NCBI GenBank assembly: GCA_044361205.1
Contig: JBIKJD010000001.1
Span: 1-35,351, forward strand
Direction: 5' to 3'
Source: Rhodoluna sp.
GTDB lineage: Bacteria; Actinomycetota; Actinomycetes; Actinomycetales; Microbacteriaceae
Length of the DNA stretch: 35,351 bases
A model generated the notes under the pieces. That model had not been told where the DNA came from and did no database searches. It worked only from the letters and a program-made list of their open reading frames with translations. Shown here in pieces: positions 28,125 through 35,351 of this stretch. A program made the translations under genes and the position numbers. The number at the start of each line of letters is the position of its first letter. Within the stretch, counting starts at the first letter, position 1.

Positions 28125-28174
28125 AAAAAAAGTCTCGCCCTTGTATGCAAGCAGGAACAGCGGGGCGAGACAGC
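28125..28174 (-). ncRNA. Candidate ~50-nt AbiF-associated hairpin RNA (putative antitoxin) ending in an intrinsic terminator
   Basis: GCUGUCUCGCCCCGCUGUUCCUGCUUGCAUACAAGGGCGAGACUUUUUUU: GC-rich closing stem, large 5' bulge, apical CUUG-CAUA-CAAG, U7 tail, own promoter upstream. Confidence 0.6.
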
Positions 28175-28180
28175 ATTTTG

Positions 28181-28210
28181 ATGTTACAGCGCTCACGCCA
28201 GATCAGTCAA
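28181..28210 (-). promoter_or_regulatory. Sigma-A-type promoter TTGACT-N18-TAACAT driving the candidate ncRNA
   Basis: -35 at 28205-28210 (overlapping the last codons of the ABC gene), -10 at 28181-28186, predicted start about 28174. Confidence 0.6.
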
Positions 28211-29981
28211 GCATCTGAGTAGCGGCTAGCTCCTTGTAGAGCGGCGTGCTCTTGAGCAGTGCCTTGTGCTTGCCGGCGCCGATTACCTTGCCCTGTTCCA
28301 TGACGATGATCTGGTCGGAGTCGACCACGGTAGACAGGCGGTGGGCGATGACGATTACCGTGCGATTCTTGGCAACCGCGTCGAGAGCCTCGCGCATACG
28401 CTGTTCGTTGAGCCCGTCGAGGCTTGCGGTGCTCTCATCGAGGAGCAGGATTGGCGGCGCTGCCAGAAGTGCTCGTGCAATTGCCAGGCGCTGACGTTCA
28501 CCACCGGAAAGCATGATGCCGTTCTCGCCGACCTCGGCCTTTAGCCCGCGCTTGTCGCGCTTTAGAACATCGGTGAGGTTCACTTCGGCTAGCACTGCCT
28601 TGAGTTCTTTGTCGGTGGCGTTTGGTTTGCCGATTAGCAGATTGTCTTTGATGGAACCGGCTAGCACGGGGGCATCCTGCTCAACGTAACCGATCTGGGC
28701 GCGCAGTTCGTCGCGGGAAATCTTGGTAACTGCCTGACCGTCCATGAAAATCTGACCGCTGGTTGGTTCATAGAAACGCTCAATCAGCGAGAAGGTTGTG
28801 CTCTTGCCGGAACCGGATGGTCCCACGATGGCGACTCTGGTGCCGCGTTCAATTTTGAAGCTCACATTGCTGAGTACCGGAGCTTCGTCGTATGAGAAGC
28901 TGACCTTCCTAAACTCGATGGCAGTGCTGTTGTTGCCCTTGCGGTTAACCTGCTGCTTCTGCTCTTCGTTGGTCTCTTCAAGCCCAATGTCTAGCACCTC
29001 TTGGATGCGAGCGAGGGCACCGAGGGCACTCTGGATGCTGGAGTAGGCGCCGAAGGCCTGACCCAGTGGGCGGCTCATGGTGAACATCAGCAGGATGAAG
29101 GTGATCAGGTTCGCGATGCTGGTTTCGCCGCTGGCAACGCGGTAGCCACCGACCCCTAGGACGGCAATGAAGGCGCCCTGGAACGCGATGCCGGCGATTG
29201 GAGTTACCGCAGCGTTTAGCTTCGCGATCTTCACACCCTGGGTATAGGCATCCTGAGCGTTTTTGTTGATTTCGTCGGCTTCGCGGGTTTCGGCGCGGCT
29301 GGCACGAATGGTTCGAACTGCGCTGAGCGCTCGCTCCACGCTGGCAGCCATGTCGCCAACGCGACTTTGAGCTTTGGTGGTGGCTTCTTTGATCTGTCGG
29401 GTGGTGAATGCCACTGCGGCAATCGCGATGGCGATTACGGCAAGGGTTATTCCTAGCAGTAGCGGGTCGATGATGGCCATGGCCACAATCGATCCCACAA
29501 AGATTAGGATTCCACCGGCGGCGTCAACGAACCCTTGGGTGAGCACGGCACGCAACAGGGTGGTGTCCGAGCCAACTCGAGAAACCAAGTCACCGGTTCG
29601 TCTTAGGTCGTATTCCTTGATTGGTAGTCGCAGTAGGCGAGTGGCTAACTTGTTGCGAGCCGAAAGCACAACTCCTTCGCCAGCTTTCGCGAGCACGTAG
29701 TACATCAAGCCACCGGTCACGGCCGTTCCAACGAGCACTGCAATCAGGCCAACAGCCCATCCGGTTACATCTTGGTCCTGCTGCACTGCTTCGATAAGTT
29801 GGCCGACAATCAGTGGTTGCCCAAGGTTCACCACGGCACTCAGCAAGCTCAGAATTACCGCAAACCAGAGCGCTGGCTTGTGCTCCATTAGGTACGGCCA
29901 GAGTTGGGAGAACTTTGCCTTCGGTCCTTCGTCTTTCACCGAGGTTGGTGCGCCGCGGCGGCCTCTGCCCATCATGCTCAT
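28203..29981 (-). CDS. ABC exporter, fused permease/ATPase (MsbA/multidrug-like)
   Basis: N-terminal TM helices, Walker A GPSGSGKST, signature LSGGERQR, LLLDESTASLD, IAHRLSTV. Confidence 0.95.
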   Translation of the reverse strand: MSMMGRGRRGAPTSVKDEGPKAKFSQLWPYLMEHKPALWFAVILSLLSAVVNLGQPLIVGQLIEAVQQDQDVTGWAVGLIAVLVGTAVTGGLMYYVLAKAGEGVVLSARNKLATRLLRLPIKEYDLRRTGDLVSRVGSDTTLLRAVLTQGFVDAAGGILIFVGSIVAMAIIDPLLLGITLAVIAIAIAAVAFTTRQIKEATTKAQSRVGDMAASVERALSAVRTIRASRAETREADEINKNAQDAYTQGVKIAKLNAAVTPIAGIAFQGAFIAVLGVGGYRVASGETSIANLITFILLMFTMSRPLGQAFGAYSSIQSALGALARIQEVLDIGLEETNEEQKQQVNRKGNNSTAIEFRKVSFSYDEAPVLSNVSFKIERGTRVAIVGPSGSGKSTTFSLIERFYEPTSGQIFMDGQAVTKISRDELRAQIGYVEQDAPVLAGSIKDNLLIGKPNATDKELKAVLAEVNLTDVLKRDKRGLKAEVGENGIMLSGGERQRLAIARALLAAPPILLLDESTASLDGLNEQRMREALDAVAKNRTVIVIAHRLSTVVDSDQIIVMEQGKVIGAGKHKALLKSTPLYKELAATQMLD

Positions 29982-30005
29982 AGTGTTTCTAACCTTCGAT
30001 AGGTG

Positions 30006-30854
30006 TTACTTGTTCCCAAGCTGTTCGTTCAGAAGATAGTTGATCTCCTGAAACGAAAGAGCTTCGGTGTATGCAGTGTTCTTTGAGAACCTTTGGTAGT
30101 TCACGCTTTGTAGGGCCTTTAGTGCCTTGGGGTGGTTGAGTTTCAAGAACATCCGAGTGGTGTTTGGTTTGCGTTCAAATTCGGTGTTAACCCGGCCGCA
30201 ACTAAACCCGAACACGGTCAGCGCCACATCGGCCTCCGCCGGAGTAACCTTCGTGACATAACCTCGGTCTTCAACCTTGACGATTTCTCGTAGTTCGGAT
30301 TTTCGCTGCCAGACCTGGAAACAGGTTTTCAAGTTGTTCTTCTGGCTAATTAGGGTGTGAGTGTCGTCTACGTAGTCGATACTCAGGTCTTCATCTAGGA
30401 CGAGGTGGAAGCGCCGATCCAGTCGATTGATGACCGACCATTTTCGCCAAGATCTAGGCACGATGAAGGCGATGTATTCGCTGTGCTCGGCGGCTCGATT
30501 GAAAAACGGAATGCTCAGCGAATTGTTTCGCCCGAACGGAGGGTTGGAAATCGTCACGGCGTCTTGCAATTTCAGCTTGGCGTTCAAATAGTTTGCCTTG
30601 GTGACGTCGCCGTGTTTTGGTTCGATGTCTAGGCTCAAAACCTTCTGTGCCCCAGCGTTCTTGGCCGCCTCCACAAAAGCACCCGTTCCACCAGCCGGTT
30701 CCAGAACGGTTCGGGAAGAAAAGTCGGGGATTATGGCTTTTACTTTTTGAACCAAATCTTCGGCCAAAGCCCTCGGGGTGTAATACTGCTCCTTGCCGGT
30801 CACCCTGCGGTTGCCAAGTTTGGCACGCGTGGGTGTAACAGACTTTGGCGACAT
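30006..30854 (-). CDS. SAM-dependent N6-adenine-type (probably DNA) methyltransferase, orphan
   Basis: Motif order QYYTP (X), LEPAGGTGAF (I), ISNPPFG (IV), FIVP, typical of gamma-class amino-methyltransferases. Confidence 0.8.
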   Translation of the reverse strand: MSPKSVTPTRAKLGNRRVTGKEQYYTPRALAEDLVQKVKAIIPDFSSRTVLEPAGGTGAFVEAAKNAGAQKVLSLDIEPKHGDVTKANYLNAKLKLQDAVTISNPPFGRNNSLSIPFFNRAAEHSEYIAFIVPRSWRKWSVINRLDRRFHLVLDEDLSIDYVDDTHTLISQKNNLKTCFQVWQRKSELREIVKVEDRGYVTKVTPAEADVALTVFGFSCGRVNTEFERKPNTTRMFLKLNHPKALKALQSVNYQRFSKNTAYTEALSFQEINYLLNEQLGNK

Positions 30855-30883
30855 GTATCTAGGCTAGCAAGGTAGGAGAATTC
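30855..30883. promoter_or_regulatory. 29-bp divergent control region with overlapping -10 boxes
   Basis: TAGCCT on - (30861-30866) 6 nt before the MTase ATG. TAGGCT on + (30860-30865), then AGGAG (30874-30878) 5 nt before the GTG at 30884. Confidence 0.55.
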
Positions 30884-31825
30884 GTGACCAAATCATCTGA
30901 ACCAGAACTAGTAATTTCCGCTAAGGGTCTGCGCAAAACATACGGCGATTTCGTTGCCGTCGATGGCATTAACTTCGAAGTAGCCAAGGGTGAGGCGTTC
31001 GGTCTGCTCGGCCCAAATGGTGCCGGTAAGTCAACCACCATGCGCATGATTACCTCCACGCTTGCCCGCACCTCGGGAGAACTTGAGATTCTCGGTAAAG
31101 ACCCCAACAAGTTTGGCCCAGAGATCCGTGCTCACCTAGGCGTTGTCCCGCAGCAAGACAACCTAGACCGACAGCTAACCGTTTGGGAAAATATCTTGGT
31201 CTACGGCCGCTACTTCGGGCTAAGCCGTAAGTTCCTAAAACCAAAGATCGATGAACTTTTGGCTTTCGCGCAACTAGAAGACAAGCGCAACGTAAAGAGC
31301 GAAGAGCTCTCCGGTGGAATGAAGCGTCGCCTGACCATTGCCCGCGGTCTAGTAAACGAACCAGAGATTTTGCTACTGGACGAACCAACCACCGGCCTTG
31401 ACCCTCAAGCCCGCCACGTACTCTGGGACCGCCTGTTCCGCCTGAAGGAACTTGGCGTGACCCTGGTTTTGACCACTCACTACATGGACGAAGCTGAGCA
31501 GTTGTGTGACCGCCTAGTGGTCATGGACAAAGGCCGGATCATGGCCGAGGGCAGCCCTGCCGAGCTAATCAAGAAGTACTCCACTAAAGAGGTGCTTGAG
31601 GTTCGTTTCGGTTCCAGCGGAAACGCTGCCGCTGCCAAGAAACTTGAGAAACTGGGCGACCGCCTCGAAGTTTTGCCAGACCGCATCCTCGTTTACACCG
31701 AAAACGGGGAAAAGACTCTGGAGAAGGTAACCAAGATGGGTCTTGACCCGGTCACCTCGCTGGTTCGTCGTAGTTCCTTGGAAGACGTCTTCCTAAGACT
31801 CACCGGAAGAACCCTGGTCGACTAG
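30884..31825 (+). CDS. ABC-2 type exporter ATP-binding subunit (NodI/DrrA-like)
   Basis: GPNGAGKST, LSGGMKRR, LLLDEPTTGLDP, TTHYMDEAEQLCDR, LEDVFLRLTG. Confidence 0.95.
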   Translation: MTKSSEPELVISAKGLRKTYGDFVAVDGINFEVAKGEAFGLLGPNGAGKSTTMRMITSTLARTSGELEILGKDPNKFGPEIRAHLGVVPQQDNLDRQLTVWENILVYGRYFGLSRKFLKPKIDELLAFAQLEDKRNVKSEELSGGMKRRLTIARGLVNEPEILLLDEPTTGLDPQARHVLWDRLFRLKELGVTLVLTTHYMDEAEQLCDRLVVMDKGRIMAEGSPAELIKKYSTKEVLEVRFGSSGNAAAAKKLEKLGDRLEVLPDRILVYTENGEKTLEKVTKMGLDPVTSLVRRSSLEDVFLRLTGRTLVD

Positions 31826-32655
31826 TGTCTGAAGTCTTCGCAAACTGGCAGGGAGCGGCCAAACTGGTCGACCCCGCCAAGCCCGCACGCTGGGGTGCCA
31901 TCTATGTGGCGCTTGCCCGCGGCCGCGAGTCGATGAAGTGGTGGCAGCCGATGGTTGCCTATGGCGTTGGCCACCCGATGCTCTACTTACTCTCGATCGG
32001 TATCGGGCTAGGTTCACTGGTCTCCGAGAATCTCGGTTTAGTAGACGGCGTTAGCTATCTAACTTTCCTGGCTCCGGCACTGCTCATGGCATCCGCTCTG
32101 CAGGCGGCCGTGGACGAAACCTCGTTCGTGGTGCTTCAAGGGTTCAGTTGGGAAAAGGGTTTCTTCGCGATGAACCAAACGGCCATCACCGGACGCCAGA
32201 TAGCCAACGGGCTCATGATCTGGGCCGTAGTGAGAATTTTCTTCAACTCGCTCGCCTATGCGGTCTTCTTAGTTCTGTTCGGTGCCATGGAAATCTCGGC
32301 GGTTCCTGGGCAGTTGCTGCTAGCCGTCCTAGTTGGAGTCTCTTGGGGTTTCGTGTTCTTGGCCTACGCCAGCTTCATTAAAGAAGAGGGCGACTGGTTA
32401 GTGCTCATGATGCGATTCGTCGTGGCGCCGATGTTCATGTTCTCGGGAACCTTCTACGAACTGAAGAACATGCCGGAACTGGTTCAGAACATCGCCTGGT
32501 TCTCGCCGCTCTGGCACGGCACCGAGCTGGCCAGAACCTGGAGTTATGGCTCCAGCGACCCTTACACACTCTGGCATTTCGCCATTCTGATTGGATTCGG
32601 CGTTCTCGGTGCAACCTTCGCCTATCCGCAGTTCATGAAGAGGTTGTCGAAGTGA
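31825..32655 (+). CDS. ABC-2 type permease (NodJ-like)
   Basis: About six hydrophobic segments, YLTFLAPAL, PMFMFSGTFY, SPLWHG. Overlaps the ATPase stop. Confidence 0.92.
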   Translation: MSEVFANWQGAAKLVDPAKPARWGAIYVALARGRESMKWWQPMVAYGVGHPMLYLLSIGIGLGSLVSENLGLVDGVSYLTFLAPALLMASALQAAVDETSFVVLQGFSWEKGFFAMNQTAITGRQIANGLMIWAVVRIFFNSLAYAVFLVLFGAMEISAVPGQLLLAVLVGVSWGFVFLAYASFIKEEGDWLVLMMRFVVAPMFMFSGTFYELKNMPELVQNIAWFSPLWHGTELARTWSYGSSDPYTLWHFAILIGFGVLGATFAYPQFMKRLSK

Positions 32656-33488
32656 GCCTAACCAGTGCAGCAGTAGCCCTCGCCGAGCGCCGATCCGGTC
32701 GCATGGGCGCTGGCATCTACTCCGGGCGCCCTGGCACGGTTGCTTCGCGCAACCTGCTCACCATGAAATCGTCCTCGGGGCTTACCTTTATCGCGGGCTT
32801 CGTGGAGCCGGTGCTATTCCTAATCGCATTCGGATACGGTGTTGGTGGAATGGTCGGTGTTCTCACCGATTCAGCTGGCAACGAAATCTCCTATGCCGCC
32901 TACATCATGCCGGCCCTGCTAGCCACTAGCGCCATGAACGGTGCCATCTTCGACAGCACCTGGAACGTCTACTTCAAGATGCACTTCGCCAAGCTCTATC
33001 AGGGAATGCTGGCCACGAGCCTTGGAACCCTCGACGTCGCAATCGGTGAAATCGGTTGGGCCACCTTCCGAGGAATGATGTACGGCATCGGATTTGTCAC
33101 CGTGGTGGGCAGCCTCGGGCTGATTCCATCGCTCGGGGGAGCAGCACTGGCCGTTCTCTGTGCAACGCTGGTCGCCTTTGCGTTCTCTTCGGTTGGCATG
33201 GGAATCACCAGCTACCTAAAGAGCTTCCAGCAACTCGACATGGTGAACTTCTTCCTATTGCCAATGTTCCTGTTCTCGGGCGCACTGTTCCCGCTAACCA
33301 ACTTCCCAACCTGGGCTCAGTGGCTGATTCAAGCCCTGCCTCTAAGACAAGCCATCGAACTAATCCGCGACGCAATGTACCTAAACCTAAGCTGGTCGCT
33401 CTTAGGTCACATTGCCTACTTCGCGGTAATGGTAATCGGCGGGCTGTTTTTCACAACCCGCCGACTAACAGCTTTGTTTTTGCGCTAA
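32652..33488 (+). CDS. ABC-2 type permease (NodJ-like), second subunit
   Basis: EPVLFL, PALLATSAMNGA, LPMFLFSGALFP. GTGA overlap. Confidence 0.92.
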   Translation: MSLTSAAVALAERRSGRMGAGIYSGRPGTVASRNLLTMKSSSGLTFIAGFVEPVLFLIAFGYGVGGMVGVLTDSAGNEISYAAYIMPALLATSAMNGAIFDSTWNVYFKMHFAKLYQGMLATSLGTLDVAIGEIGWATFRGMMYGIGFVTVVGSLGLIPSLGGAALAVLCATLVAFAFSSVGMGITSYLKSFQQLDMVNFFLLPMFLFSGALFPLTNFPTWAQWLIQALPLRQAIELIRDAMYLNLSWSLLGHIAYFAVMVIGGLFFTTRRLTALFLR

Positions 33489-33492
33489 ATCC

Positions 33493-33846
33493 TTAGAGGA
33501 TTACCGCCATTGAAATGTTTACAACGGTTAGCAGTGCGATAACTGGCACAACCCACTTAGCGGTCTTTTCCTTCTTGTTGTAACCGTAGGCGATGAAGAA
33601 GATCGCGGTGATTACGATGCTCTTTAGGCCGATGACAAGGTGGTTGAGTTCCTTGTCTGGAAAAAGAACAGGGATTAGTCCAGCCATGGTTAGACCGGTG
33701 ACCAGCATTAACCAAGCTCCGTGCAAGATTCCGGCGTTGATCTTCATTCCGGTTCCCCAGTCTTTTAGCTGGTAGAAGAATCCGGAAAGAAGTGCTCCAA
33801 TTCCAATGAAGTGGAGAATAAGTGCAATTTTTGGTATCAGTTCCAT
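33493..33846 (-). CDS. Small 4-TM integral membrane protein, last gene of the rib operon
   Basis: Four hydrophobic segments with LHFIG, LHGAWLMLVTG and K in IGLKS. Start overlaps the ribH 3' end. Confidence 0.8.
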   Translation of the reverse strand: MELIPKIALILHFIGIGALLSGFFYQLKDWGTGMKINAGILHGAWLMLVTGLTMAGLIPVLFPDKELNHLVIGLKSIVITAIFFIAYGYNKKEKTAKWVVPVIALLTVVNISMAVIL

Positions 33847-34304
33847 GGCTTTAGTCTAGCCATCGCGATTGCCGCTTCAACTGCTTCGGCACCCTTGTCT
33901 TCCTTGCTGTTTTTCAGACCAGAGCGCTCAAGAGCCTGCTGCTCGGTGTCCACAGTTAGCAGACCAAAGCCAATTGGAACACCGGTGTCAAGCTGAACAC
34001 GGGTCAACCCGTCGGTGGCTGCGTTGCAAACATAATCGAAGTGGGGTGTGCTTCCGCGAATCACAACGCCAAGAGCAATAACCACTTCGGCGCCATCTTC
34101 AATCGCATACTGAGCAGCCAGTGGAAGCTCGAACGCTCCAGGAACGCGCATGATCGAATAGACATCATTCCCGGCAGCCTTCAAGGCCCGCTCGGCTCCG
34201 GCCAGAAGACCTTCGGTGATTTCGGTGTGCCAAGAAGTAACCACGATGGTCACCGCTAGACCCGATGCGTCAATCTGAATCTTTGGTGCTCCGGCGCCAC
34301 TCAT
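33837..34304 (-). CDS. ribH: 6,7-dimethyl-8-ribityllumazine synthase
   Basis: VPGAFELP, ALGVVIRGSTPHFDYV, PIGFGLLT, DKGAEA. Confidence 0.97.
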   Translation of the reverse strand: MSGAGAPKIQIDASGLAVTIVVTSWHTEITEGLLAGAERALKAAGNDVYSIMRVPGAFELPLAAQYAIEDGAEVVIALGVVIRGSTPHFDYVCNAATDGLTRVQLDTGVPIGFGLLTVDTEQQALERSGLKNSKEDKGAEAVEAAIAMARLKPWN

Positions 34305-35350
34305 TTGTCTTCAGCTTTCACTTCACCGATGGTGTGACCCATCTTCTCGCGCTTGGTTTCAAGGTAACCAATGTTCTCGGTTGCCAAACCGGTGATTACC
34401 GGAACATACTCGGTTACCGGGATGCCAGCTTCGATTAGGAAATTACTCTTGGCTGGGTTGTTGGTCATCAGACGAACGCTCTTTACTCCAAGGTCTTTGA
34501 GGATCGAAACGGCTGCTCCGTATTCACGGTTCTCCGAAGGGAGACCTAGGGCTAGGTTGGCTTCAACGGTGTCGAGCCCCTGCTCCTGAAGAGCATAGGC
34601 CTTCAGCTTATTCAAAAGGCCAATACCTCGACCCTCCTGGCCGCGCAGGTAAATCACCACGCCACCCTTTGGGTCGTTAGCAATCTTGTCGAGTGCGAAG
34701 TCCAACTGCGGTCCACACTCACACTTCAGCGAACCAAACGCTTCACCCGTGATGCACTCAGAGTGCATACGAACGAGGACGTCTTCTCCGGTTGGGTTTC
34801 CGGAAATAATTGCCACGTGGTCGGCAGTGGTCTTGATGTCGTAGTAACCACGCAGACGGAAGTTTCCGTGAGTGGTTGGCACATTAGCCTCGGCCTCGAA
34901 ACGAATTCGGTTGGTCGGGTTGTGCGCGTAAATAATGTCGTTGGTCTTCAGGTGCTCAACGATTTGTTCAATGGTGATCACTGGAAGTTCCTCACGAACT
35001 CCGGTTTCAATCAGTTCTGGTAGTCGCATCATGCTCCCATCTTCATTAACCATTTCTCCGATGACCCCCACCGGAGTTAGACCTGCAAGCTTCAAAAGAT
35101 CAACCGCCGCTTCGGTGTGACCCGCGCGCCCAAGAACACCGTGGTGGTGAGCACGCAACGGAACGATGTGACCTGGGCGAATCAACGATTCGGCAGAAGA
35201 CATCGGGTCAGCCAAAGTTCGAGAAGTCAAGGCACGGTCATAAGCCGAAACACCAGTCGACTCACGGTCAGCCGCATCAACGGTAATCGTGTAGTTGGTC
35301 TGGTGAGGGTCCTCGTTGTGCTGCAACATCAGCGGAAGCTCAAGCTCGTT
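34301..35350 (-). CDS. ribBA: Bifunctional DHBP synthase/GTP cyclohydrolase II (5' end outside window)
   Basis: Frame open to the window edge (NELELPLMLQHN...). TGVSAYDR, RPGHIVPL, RAGHTEAA, RMHSECITGEAFGSLKCECG, QEGRGIGL, LMTNNP. Confidence 0.96.
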   Translation of the reverse strand, partial: NELELPLMLQHNEDPHQTNYTITVDAADRESTGVSAYDRALTSRTLADPMSSAESLIRPGHIVPLRAHHHGVLGRAGHTEAAVDLLKLAGLTPVGVIGEMVNEDGSMMRLPELIETGVREELPVITIEQIVEHLKTNDIIYAHNPTNRIRFEAEANVPTTHGNFRLRGYYDIKTTADHVAIISGNPTGEDVLVRMHSECITGEAFGSLKCECGPQLDFALDKIANDPKGGVVIYLRGQEGRGIGLLNKLKAYALQEQGLDTVEANLALGLPSENREYGAAVSILKDLGVKSVRLMTNNPAKSNFLIEAGIPVTEYVPVITGLATENIGYLETKREKMGHTIGEVKAEDK

Positions 35351-35351
35351 G

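Noticed and set aside
28125-28174. CRISPR repeat or mini-array
   Set aside because: Single hairpin, no repeat-spacer iteration and no cas genes.
1-35351. tRNA/rRNA genes, transposases, integrases, prophage genes
   Set aside because: None recognised; nearly all sequence is accounted for by the listed CDSs.

Overview
Gene-dense chromosomal segment from a streamlined actinobacterium, most likely a freshwater Microbacteriaceae of the Luna cluster (Rhodoluna/Aquiluna-like). That assignment is an inference from gene content, tiny intergenic gaps and frequent leaderless starts. The core backbone is purH (5'-truncated), icd, purU, glyA-folD-TRIC/UPF0126, a shortened putA, DUF2256 plus an FeS-type (CryB/PhrB) photolyase/cryptochrome, kynU-kynA, two ABC exporters, an orphan adenine methyltransferase, and ribBA (5'-truncated)-ribH. 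Two accessory elements stand out. (1) A 13.4 kb pair of paralogous surface-protein genes lies between icd and purU. The 3669-aa giant has a signal peptide, a Gly-rich head, 23 Cys-paired Ig-like domains arranged as 1 + 2x11, 8 Cys-paired domains of a second type and a very basic tail with no visible anchor. The 770-aa paralog has the same head, 4 such domains and a C-terminal membrane anchor. (2) A miniature 197-aa Abi_2/AbiF-type HEPN RNase gene is preceded by a separately promoted ~50-nt hairpin RNA with a terminator, a candidate minimal RNA-antitoxin module. Three small ORFs missed by the ORF track were found by hand. All family calls come from motif recognition; no searches were run.
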